From Gemmatimonadota bacterium (GTDB lineage Bacteria > Gemmatimonadota > Gemmatimonadetes > Gemmatimonadales > Gemmatimonadaceae), in assembly GCA_028287225.1 (NCBI GenBank), contig JAQBPZ010000111.1:1-41360 (forward strand): a stretch of 41,360 nucleotides of DNA, given 5' to 3'. Under the pieces are notes generated by a model. The model saw only the letters and a list, made by a program, of their open reading frames with translations. It did not search any database and was not told the DNA's origin. Shown here piece after piece: positions 8,433-15,859 of the stretch (positions are counted from its first letter, which is position 1; each line of letters opens with the position of its first letter). Made by a program: the position numbers and the translations under genes.

Positions 8433-9106
8433 GTCTCGACGTGAACGATCCCGACCCGAGCGGCGAGATCGATCCCACCGGCCTGCCCCTCGTCGCGATC
8501 TACGCCGACGAGTCGTGCCTCGGCAATGGCCGCGAGGGCGACAACCCCGGCGCGGCGGCGGGGGTGATCGAGCACCTGAACCCGGCGACCGAGCGGCTCA
8601 CGCGCTGGGACTACTGGATCTCGGAGCCGGGCACGACCAACAACCGCATGGCGCTCCGCAGCGCCATCGAGGCCTTCCGGGTGATCGGCCGCAAGGGGGG
8701 CCGCTTCCGCGTGCTCTTCACGAGCGATTCGCAGTACCTCGTGAAGGGGATGACCGAGTGGGTCCATGGGTGGATCGGTCGCGGCTGGCGCAGGAAGCTC
8801 GGCGAGATCGAGAACCTCGCGCTCTGGAAGGAGCTGGTGGAGGCGGCGGCGCCGCATCAGGTGCAGTGGCAGTGGGTCAAGGGCCACGCGGGACACCCGC
8901 AGAACGAGTACGCCAACGACATGGCTGTTGCGGCAGCCAAGGAGCAGACGTCCTCGGAGGGGGCACGCACGTCGGAGTTCGACGTGTGGCTGGCCGCGCA
9001 GCGCACGCGCAAGCGTGTGACCGTGGAGCCGGCCCCCTTCCCCGCCGGCCGACCCTTCGTGCCGGCGCGGCCGTTGCCACGCGCCCGCACGTCGCCGGGT
9101 GCCTGA
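8429..9106 (+). CDS. rnhA: Ribonuclease HI homologue with a basic/Pro-rich C-terminal extension; catalytic Glu position is Ala
   Basis: Colinear with E. coli RNase HI: YADESCLGNG, TTNNRMAL, FTSDSQYLVKG, WQWVKGHAGHPQNEYANDMA. GTG start at 8429. Confidence 0.85.
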   Translation: MSLDVNDPDPSGEIDPTGLPLVAIYADESCLGNGREGDNPGAAAGVIEHLNPATERLTRWDYWISEPGTTNNRMALRSAIEAFRVIGRKGGRFRVLFTSDSQYLVKGMTEWVHGWIGRGWRRKLGEIENLALWKELVEAAAPHQVQWQWVKGHAGHPQNEYANDMAVAAAKEQTSSEGARTSEFDVWLAAQRTRKRVTVEPAPFPAGRPFVPARPLPRARTSPGA

Positions 9107-9133
9107 CGTCGCCTGCATCAGTCCGGAGCTCAT

Positions 9134-9310
9134 ATGGTCAAGGTCGCGGTCGTCTTCATCCTCGGGCTGGGGCTCGGCTACCAGTACGGCTATCGCCAGG
9201 CGGTGGCAGGCTCCCCCAGCGTGATGCAGCGCATGATGGTGAACTTCGGCGTCTACAAGGTCCAGGCGGACCAGCGGAAGCGCGAGCAGGCCACGGACGC
9301 GGTGCGCTAG
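9134..9310 (+). CDS. Small membrane protein (58 aa), paralogue of the next gene; below the ORF-track length cutoff
   Basis: Hand-translated as MVKVAVVFILGLGLGYQYGYRQAVAGSPSVMQRMMVNFGVYKVQADQRKREQATDAVR. High GC3. Shares the GLGLGYxYGY motif with 9312..9530. Confidence 0.45.
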   Translation: MVKVAVVFILGLGLGYQYGYRQAVAGSPSVMQRMMVNFGVYKVQADQRKREQATDAVR

Positions 9311-9311
9311 C

Positions 9312-9530
9312 ATGATCAAGCTCCTCATCATCCTGCTCGTCGGCGTCGGGCTCGGCTACACGTACGGCTACATGCACGGCGCCGCGGGCGACGCGAGCAT
9401 CATCACCTCCACCCTCGACAAGGTGGGCGTGCATCATGCGGCTGCTCGTGGCGCCGGCGATGCCGGCGCCGAGCGCCAGGCGCGCGCCGATTCGGTGCGG
9501 CAGCGCTCCACCATCCGCACCGCTCGCTGA
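9312..9530 (+). CDS. Small membrane protein (72 aa), paralogue of 9134..9310
   Basis: MIKLLIILLVGVGLGYTYGYMHGAAGDAS... Its ATG lies 1 nt after the preceding stop. Confidence 0.55.
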   Translation: MIKLLIILLVGVGLGYTYGYMHGAAGDASIITSTLDKVGVHHAAARGAGDAGAERQARADSVRQRSTIRTAR

Positions 9531-9570
9531 CCGACCCCCGCGCGTTCACGGAAAGAGAGAGACAGAAGCG

Positions 9571-10272
9571 ATGGACGACATCGAGCGGATCTATCGACAC
9601 CTGGTGCGGACGGTGCGGGCCAACTTCGCCCCGTTCCTCACGCAGCCGTTCGAGGTCGGGGAGCTGTACCAGACGATCCTGCCCTACCGTCTGCACCGCC
9701 GCGAGCTCGGCTTCGAGACCAACCAGGACTATGAGATGGCGATGCTCGAGCTTCTCTCGGGCGCGCGCGGCTATCTCATCGTGGACGACAAGATGCGCGA
9801 CGTCCTCTCGGCGGAGCAGTCGGCGAAGAATCCGGATCCGACCATCGTGCGGGACTTCGCGTCGTCACACGTCGCCCTCGCGCCGGAGCCGTTGCGCCGC
9901 CTCGAGATCGAGGGACGGGCTTCCGGCTCGCAGGCGACGATCCCGATGTCGCCGCCGGTGCAGACGCGCGCCTCGGGGAGCTTCGCGGCGCTCACCGCCT
10001 CCCAGCCCCCGCGCCCGAGCATCCCGACGCCGGCCGCCGGCCATCCGATCGACGGCCTGGGCGGCCGGCGCACCGCGCGCCCCATCACCATCGCCCCCAC
10101 CGGCGAGAACTGCCCCTTCTGCCGCGGCCACCTGCCGGCCGGCCGCCAGGTGAGCTTCTGTCCCCACTGCGGCCAGGACCTCACGGTGGTGCACTGCCCG
10201 GCCTGCGGCAGCGAGCTGGAGCGAGGATGGAAGTTCTGCGTGACCTGCGGACGGTCGGCCGTCGATCTGTAG
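9571..10272 (+). CDS. Zinc-ribbon domain protein (N-terminal unknown domain, Pro-rich linker, C-terminal double zinc ribbon)
   Basis: ATG 9571. C-terminus has CPFCRGH..FCPHCG..HCPACGS..FCVTCG. Confidence 0.75.
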   Translation: MDDIERIYRHLVRTVRANFAPFLTQPFEVGELYQTILPYRLHRRELGFETNQDYEMAMLELLSGARGYLIVDDKMRDVLSAEQSAKNPDPTIVRDFASSHVALAPEPLRRLEIEGRASGSQATIPMSPPVQTRASGSFAALTASQPPRPSIPTPAAGHPIDGLGGRRTARPITIAPTGENCPFCRGHLPAGRQVSFCPHCGQDLTVVHCPACGSELERGWKFCVTCGRSAVDL

Positions 10273-10442
10273 GGGGACGCAGGACGGTCGGACGCTTTTC
10301 GGTTTACGGTTTGTCGGTTTGTCGGTTTATGGCGTGCCTCGGGACGCATTGGCTGACCGGGGCTGGCCGTAAACCGACAAACCGTAAACCGACAAACCGC
10401 AACCGCCAGACGGTCCTGTGCGGTCCTACCGTCCTACCGTTC
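10273..10442. repeat. Nested palindromic intergenic element with CGGTTT(A/G) repeat arms
   Basis: Left arm 10300-10330 (CGGTTTACGGTTTGTCGGTTTGTCGGTTTAT) is complementary to right arm 10367-10404, with at least 21 bp perfect. Outer arms (GCAGGACGGTCGGACG vs GGTCCTACCGTCCTACCGT) are also complementary. Core GGCGTGCCTCGGGACGC is at 10331-10347. Confidence 0.8.
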
Positions 10443-10496
10443 TCCACGGTGCATCCCTTGCCTGTAGGCCCCGGTACCCCAACGCACGGAACCGCC

Positions 10497-11627
10497 ATGC
10501 CCATCCCCCGCCGCCTCGCTGCCCTCGCCGCCCTCGCGCTCGTCGCCGCCTGCGCCCCGGGGACGGCGCCAGCCCCGACGCCGTCGCCGATGCCCGACGC
10601 GCGAACGCCGACGAACCCGAACGCGGGGCCCACGCCGCTCGTGAACACCACGTGGCCCGTCCGGTCGCGCGAGCACGTCGACCTCTGGCTGCACAGCTAC
10701 GCCCTGCTGACGCGCGACACCACGCTGGTCCCCTACTTCGATCGCGGCTACCGCGAGCGCATGCTCACGGCGCGGCGCGAGCGGTCCGCCACCTCGCTGC
10801 TCGACACCAACCGCGACCGGCTCCTCCAGCGCATCGCCGTGAACCCTGCGCTGGCGACGAACGGCCAGTTCCTCCCCCTCTACTTCGATTCGTGGGAGCG
10901 GATGCGACAGGCCATCGACCTCACGATCCGCGCGAACGGCAACCCGAACGCCTCCAATGACCCGGAGACGCGCACCTACATCGCGATCATCGCCAGCGCC
11001 TTTCCCTCGGCCCCCGATCGCGAATGGCTGCGCACCTTCTCGGAGAGCGCCGACGACGAGAGCCGGCGCTTCTATCACGCATGGTGGACGGGCGCCGGTG
11101 CGGCGCGCGGACGCGCGGTGCAGCACGTGGACTCGCTCTGGCAGCGGCAGTGGCGGCCCGCGCTCCAGCGCTTCCTGAACAACACCCAGCAGCAGAACGG
11201 CGAGCTCTATCTGTCCGCGCCACTCGGCGGCGAGGGGCGCACCGTGCATTTCGGCAAGCAGCAGAACGCGGTCGCGGTGCCGCTGCCGGAGTCGTTCGCC
11301 CAGAGCGACGCCGTGCTGTACGTGATGGCGCACGAGATCGCTGGCACCCTGGCCAACGCCGCGATCGAGGACAACACCACGCCCGCCGATCGCCGAGCGG
11401 GCGTGACGTCCCGCTTCGAGCAGTCGGCCGCCGTGCGGGCCGGCGCACTGCTGCTGGACCGCGTGCTGCCATCGGCCGTGCCGGGCTACATGCGCTACTA
11501 CCTCCAGCAGGCGGGCCGCACCGCGCCGAACGAGCCGCGCACCGCGTTCAACACCGCCTTCGCCCTGCCCGACGCCGTGCGCGACGCGCTCGCCCGGCAG
11601 ATGGACGTGATCCTCGGCGGGATCTGA
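10497..11627 (+). CDS. Hypothetical lipoprotein (376 aa)
   Basis: ATG 10497. Signal peptide plus lipobox (LALVAAC). No family recognised. Confidence 0.75.
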   Translation: MPIPRRLAALAALALVAACAPGTAPAPTPSPMPDARTPTNPNAGPTPLVNTTWPVRSREHVDLWLHSYALLTRDTTLVPYFDRGYRERMLTARRERSATSLLDTNRDRLLQRIAVNPALATNGQFLPLYFDSWERMRQAIDLTIRANGNPNASNDPETRTYIAIIASAFPSAPDREWLRTFSESADDESRRFYHAWWTGAGAARGRAVQHVDSLWQRQWRPALQRFLNNTQQQNGELYLSAPLGGEGRTVHFGKQQNAVAVPLPESFAQSDAVLYVMAHEIAGTLANAAIEDNTTPADRRAGVTSRFEQSAAVRAGALLLDRVLPSAVPGYMRYYLQQAGRTAPNEPRTAFNTAFALPDAVRDALARQMDVILGGI

Positions 11628-11636
11628 AACAACAAA

Positions 11637-11844
11637 GCGAGTAACGAGTAACGAGTAGGTCGAGAGGCGTCCCGGACGGTGGTGTCACCCTGCAGCCGCA
11701 GGCTGTCGGGGCATACTCTCCCGTGATGGGGACTGGCCCTGGGCACGGGACGGAATGCCCCGACACTCGCGATGCTCGCGCGGGGTGACATCCGCCCGGG
11801 ACGCCACGCTGCAGCTACTTACTCGTTACTCGTTCCTCGTTATT
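11637..11844. repeat. Rod-like nested palindrome with CGAGTAA heptad arms (same family as 37387-37588)
   Basis: Arms 11637-11658 / 11815-11844. GGCGTCCCGG 11666-11675 pairs with CCGGGACGCC 11796-11805. GTCACCC 11684-11690 pairs with GGGTGAC 11783-11789. GTCGGGGCAT 11705-11714 pairs with ATGCCCCGAC 11755-11764. Confidence 0.85.
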
Positions 11845-11853
11845 CTTCACCCC

Positions 11854-12654
11854 ATGCCGGATTCCAACCTCCCCCAGCGCATCGACCGCGCGGCCGTCGA
11901 CCGCGTGCTGGCGCGCGCGCTGGAGCTGCAGGCGTCGGCGTCGGGAGAGCCGCAGGCGGAGCAGCTCACGGAGGCGCAGCTGCTCGAGCTCGCGAAGGAG
12001 GTGGGGCTCGATCCGGTGAACCTCCGGCAGGCGCTCGCCGAGGAGCGTACCCGCGTGACCGTGCCGGAGGAGCGCGGCGTGCTCGCGGCCATGTACGGAC
12101 CCGCGTACGTCAGCGCGCAGCGCACCGTCCCCGGCACCCCGCAGCAGGTGCTCAAGGCGCTCGACGACTGGATGCAGCGGCAGGAAGGGCTCTGCGCGCA
12201 GCGCTACTTCAGCACCGAGCGCGTGGTGTGGGAGCCGCAGCAGGGCGTCGTGGGGCTCGTGCGTCGCGCCGTGAGCGGCCGCGCGCACTCGCTCGCGCGC
12301 GCCTCCGACGTCGCGGCCACCGCCATCGCGGTCGACGCCAGCCGCGTGCTCGTGCGCCTCGACGCCCGGCTCCTCGGCTATCGGGCCCTGATGGCGCAGC
12401 AGAACGCCATGCTCACCGGCGCCAGCCTGGTGGGTGGCGGCATCCTCGCCGTCCTCGCCTTCCCGGTCTTCGCGATCGCCGCGCCCGTCGCGGTCATCGC
12501 CCCCGCCGCCTGGGCCACCGCACGCGGCTCCCACCGCCGCACCGTCGACCGCGCCCAGATCGCCCTGGAACAGGTGCTGGACCGCCTCGAGCGCGGTGAA
12601 GCCGGACGGCCGCCAACCTTGCTGAGCATGCTGGCCGCGGCCGTACGACGATAG
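11854..12654 (+). CDS. Hypothetical membrane protein (266 aa)
   Basis: ATG 11854. Hydrophobic stretch GASLVGGGILAVLAFPVFAIAAPVAVIAPAAWA. No family recognised. Confidence 0.7.
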   Translation: MPDSNLPQRIDRAAVDRVLARALELQASASGEPQAEQLTEAQLLELAKEVGLDPVNLRQALAEERTRVTVPEERGVLAAMYGPAYVSAQRTVPGTPQQVLKALDDWMQRQEGLCAQRYFSTERVVWEPQQGVVGLVRRAVSGRAHSLARASDVAATAIAVDASRVLVRLDARLLGYRALMAQQNAMLTGASLVGGGILAVLAFPVFAIAAPVAVIAPAAWATARGSHRRTVDRAQIALEQVLDRLERGEAGRPPTLLSMLAAAVRR

Positions 12655-12655
12655 C

Positions 12656-12880
12656 GGGCGCTCGCGTTGCTCGCTTGGCGGGCGGGTCGCGTGGAACGCG
12701 ACCCTTGGCGGGCGGCTGCCCCTGTCGCCTTCGGCGACGGCGGGGCTATGCCTTGGCGGGCGGGCGGCTACGCCGCCCTTGCCGGTACTGCCGAGGGGTT
12801 TCCGCCACGCGAGCAGCGCGAGCGCCCGCCAAGCCATAGACCGAGCGCAGCGACGGTCACGCGCCCGCCAAGGCGGCGCC
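12656..12880. repeat. Composite palindromic element built on the 12-mer CTTGGCGGGCGG
   Basis: Direct copies at 12674-12685, 12704-12715 and 12752-12763. Inverted copies (CGCCCGCCAAG) at 12823-12833 and 12862-12872. 12656-12674 is complementary to 12809-12827 (18/19). Internal hairpin GGGTCGCG-TGGAA-CGCGACCC at 12684-12704. Confidence 0.75.
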
Positions 12881-12901
12881 GGAGGCGCCGCCGCCCGGCT
12901 G

Positions 12902-13948
12902 TCAGATCGTCACGCGCTGCTTCATCACCCGGTCCGCCAGCCAGTCGAGCCCTCGGTTGCTCAGCACCATCAGGAAGCCGAGCAGGGTCAGCGACTTCAC
13001 CTCGCGGCGGGTGATCTTCACCACGTCGCGGCGCGCCATGGCCTGCGGGGTCCGCGTCAGGTCGCGCAGCGTCGCGTATGCGAAGAGCAGCGGCAGCAGG
13101 CAGAAGAGCCGGATCGATACGGCACGCCGAGGGATGTGCAGCAGGTAGCTGCGCGCCCCCTCCAGGTCGTGCCACGCCAGCTGCACCAGCATGCCGAGCG
13201 CGGACTGGGTTCCCTCGAGCTTCGCGCCGCTCAGGACGTCGGCATGGCTGCTCCCGTGCGCGCGCAGCAGCTCCTGCGGCACGTAGATGGAGTTCTCCCG
13301 CTCGGCGTCCGTCGCGACGTCCTTCAGGATGTTCACCGTCTGCAGCCCCTCGGCGAAGGCGCGGCACCGCTCGCGCAGCACGGCGTACCGCCGCTCGCCG
13401 ATGCTCCCCGCGTGCTCGTGCCACAGGTCGGTGAGCAGGTAGCCCACCGTGCCGGCCACGTAGTAGCAGTACTCCTTGTACTCGTCGAGGCTCTGGATCC
13501 GGATGCCATGCGGATACAGCAGCACGAACTTCCGCATCCCCGTGATCATCTCGCCCACCCAGCGGCGCACCGCGGCACGCGTGGGCGGCGACATCCGCCG
13601 GTACAGCACGAACACGAGGTCGGCGTTGCGCGTGAGGCGCACGTGGGCCGGCTCGCCGGTGAGCGTCGCGACGCGCGCGGGAAAGGCATCGGCCGCCGCG
13701 GGATCGTCGAAGCAGGCGAGCAGCTCGTCCAGCAGCGCCGCCTTCGCCTCCGCCGGCTGCGTCGGCTCGTCCTCGAGCGTGTCGGCGATGCGGCACAGCA
13801 GGTACGCCGTGAGCACCGCCTGCCCCAGCGCGCCAGGCAGCACGCGGATGCTCAGCGCGAACGTCCGCGAGACCGCCGGCAGCACCTCCCGCCCGAACCG
13901 CTCCGCCTCGGCAACTCGCGCGGCATCCTCGGCCACCATCAGCTCCAT
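12902..13948 (-). CDS. Squalene/phytoene synthase family protein
   Basis: 348 aa, forming the 3' part of the 1679-aa track ORF. Asp-rich motifs RIADTLEDE and LKDVATDAERE; also YCYYVAGTVGYLLT. Confidence 0.85.
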   Translation of the reverse strand: MELMVAEDAARVAEAERFGREVLPAVSRTFALSIRVLPGALGQAVLTAYLLCRIADTLEDEPTQPAEAKAALLDELLACFDDPAAADAFPARVATLTGEPAHVRLTRNADLVFVLYRRMSPPTRAAVRRWVGEMITGMRKFVLLYPHGIRIQSLDEYKEYCYYVAGTVGYLLTDLWHEHAGSIGERRYAVLRERCRAFAEGLQTVNILKDVATDAERENSIYVPQELLRAHGSSHADVLSGAKLEGTQSALGMLVQLAWHDLEGARSYLLHIPRRAVSIRLFCLLPLLFAYATLRDLTRTPQAMARRDVVKITRREVKSLTLLGFLMVLSNRGLDWLADRVMKQRVTI

Positions 13949-14161
13949 TCGCACTCCCGTCCCCTTGGTGTCTTCGCTCCTACGACGGCACTCCGGCGCG
14001 GATCCGCCGCGGACGCCGCGCGGTCGTCGCGGCTGAAGATCCGAAGGGGCTGCTTCGACCGCCTTGGCATTCCCGCGGCGATCCCTTACGCATTCGGTGT
14101 CAGCCCGGGAAAGATACTTCGCAGCTCCACGCATGGCATCGCCGACGCACCCTCGCCAGCA

Positions 14162-15808
14162 ATGACGACCTCCGCGCTCCAGCCGCCGGACGACTTCCGC
14201 GGGACCTTCCGCGACGACGTCGCCGCACGCGCGGTGTACAGCGAGGCGGCGGGCATCGCGCAGGTGATGCCGCGGGCCGTCGCCGAACCGCTCGACGCCG
14301 ACGACGTGGTCGCCCTCGTGCACTGGGCCGCGGCCACGCGCACCCCGCTCGTGCCGCGCGGCTCGGGCAGCAGCATGGCCGGTGGCGCCATCGGCGGCGG
14401 CGTCATCGTGGACCTCAGCCGGCTGCGCGGCATCGACGCGGTGGATGTGACGCAGCGCACGGTGCGCTGCCGTCCCGGCGCGCTGCGCGACGAGGTGGAC
14501 GCGGCCGCGCGGGCCCGCGGGCTTCAGTTCCCGGTGGATCCCTCCAGCGGGGCCTACTGCACGGTGGGCGGCATGGCGTCCACCAACTCGGCGGGCGCCC
14601 ACACGCTGCGCTACGGGGCGATGCGTCCGTGGGTGCAGGCGCTCGACTGCGTCTTCGCCGATGGCTCCCGCGCCGAGGTCCGCCGGGGCGCCGTGCCGCC
14701 GGACGTCGAGCCGGTGCGACGCCTGCTCGCCGCCGCCCCCGCGCTCGTGGCCGCCGAGCACATCGCCCCCTCGCGTCATGCCGGCGTGCGCAAGGAGAGC
14801 TCGGGTTACGGGCTCGCCGCATGGGCGGAGTCCGGCGACCTCGTCGACCTGCTCGTGGGCAGCGAGGGAACCCTCGTGCTCATCGTGGGCCTGGAGCTCC
14901 GCCTCGCGCCGCTGCACCCGGCCACGGCGAGCGTCCTCGGCGTGTTCACGTCGCTGGAGCAGGCGGTGGACGCCGCCGTCGGCGCGCGCGAGGCCGGCGC
15001 CGCGGCGTGCGAGCTCCTCGACCGTACGTTCCTGGACGTTGCGCGCCGCGGGGGCGCGTCCACCATCGGCGAGGAGGCCGAGGCGGTGCTGCTCGCCGAG
15101 GTGGAAGGGAGCAGCGCCGACGACTGCGCCGCGCAGGCGCGCGTGCTGGAGGGCTGCTTCCGCGGCGCGGGCGCCACCGACGTCGTCCTGGCCCTCGACG
15201 CGGCCACCGAGCACGCGATGTGGGAGCTGCGCCACGCCGCCAGCCCCATTCTGAGCCGGCTCGATCCCGCGCTCAAGTCCATGCAGTTCATCGAGGACGG
15301 CTGCGTCCCCCCCGCGCGGCTCGCCGAGTACGTGCGGGGCGTGCGTGCGGCGCTGGACCGGCAGGGGATCCGCGGCGTGATCTTCGGCCATGCCGGCGAC
15401 GCGCACATGCACGTGAACCCGCTCGTGGACCTGCGCGACGCCGACTGGCGCGCGAAGGTGGACGCCCTGCTCGCCGACGTGACGGCGCTGGCGAGCCGGC
15501 TCGGCGGCACGGTGGCGGGCGAGCACGGCGACGGACGCCTGCGCGCGCCCCTGCTGCCCGCCGTGTGGCCCGCGGCGACGCTCGAGCGGTTCGCCGCCGT
15601 GAAGCGCGCCTTCGACCCGGCGGGCCTGCTGAATCCCGGGGTCAAGGTGCCCCTCCCGGGCTCGCACGCGGTGGAGGCGGTCAAGTACGATCCCGCGCTC
15701 CCCGCGCTCCCCCGCGCGGCGCGCGCCGTGCTCGCCACCGTCGAGCGAGAGCGGGCCTATGCGCGCTCGCGCCTGGCGATGCTCGACGCGGGCGCGGGCG
15801 ACGCCTAG
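14162..15808 (+). CDS. FAD-linked oxidase (GlcD/D-lactate dehydrogenase-like)
   Basis: ATG 14162. FAD-binding PCMH region (PLVPRGSGSSMAGGAIGGGVIVDLSRL) and C-terminal GTVAGEHGDGRLR. Confidence 0.9.
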   Translation: MTTSALQPPDDFRGTFRDDVAARAVYSEAAGIAQVMPRAVAEPLDADDVVALVHWAAATRTPLVPRGSGSSMAGGAIGGGVIVDLSRLRGIDAVDVTQRTVRCRPGALRDEVDAAARARGLQFPVDPSSGAYCTVGGMASTNSAGAHTLRYGAMRPWVQALDCVFADGSRAEVRRGAVPPDVEPVRRLLAAAPALVAAEHIAPSRHAGVRKESSGYGLAAWAESGDLVDLLVGSEGTLVLIVGLELRLAPLHPATASVLGVFTSLEQAVDAAVGAREAGAAACELLDRTFLDVARRGGASTIGEEAEAVLLAEVEGSSADDCAAQARVLEGCFRGAGATDVVLALDAATEHAMWELRHAASPILSRLDPALKSMQFIEDGCVPPARLAEYVRGVRAALDRQGIRGVIFGHAGDAHMHVNPLVDLRDADWRAKVDALLADVTALASRLGGTVAGEHGDGRLRAPLLPAVWPAATLERFAAVKRAFDPAGLLNPGVKVPLPGSHAVEAVKYDPALPALPRAARAVLATVERERAYARSRLAMLDAGAGDA

Positions 15809-15859
15809 CTTTCCCGCCGCGCCACGCCCCTCCTCGTTCCTCGTGCCTCGCTCCGTGCA

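Noticed and set aside
12674-12763. CRISPR-like spacing of the repeated 12-mer CTTGGCGGGCGG
   Set aside because: The repeats are far too short and there are only three direct copies. The spacers are irregular (18 and 36 nt) and self-complementary. No cas genes are present.
10273-12901. Integron-like cassette array, with three palindromic elements acting as attC sites that bracket two same-strand ORFs
   Set aside because: No intI is in the window and I found no R'/R'' GTTRRRY core sites. The elements are up to ~210-245 bp, larger than typical attC sites. The same element family also occurs between core genes at 37.4 kb. I keep it only as a hypothesis to test with an attC covariance model.
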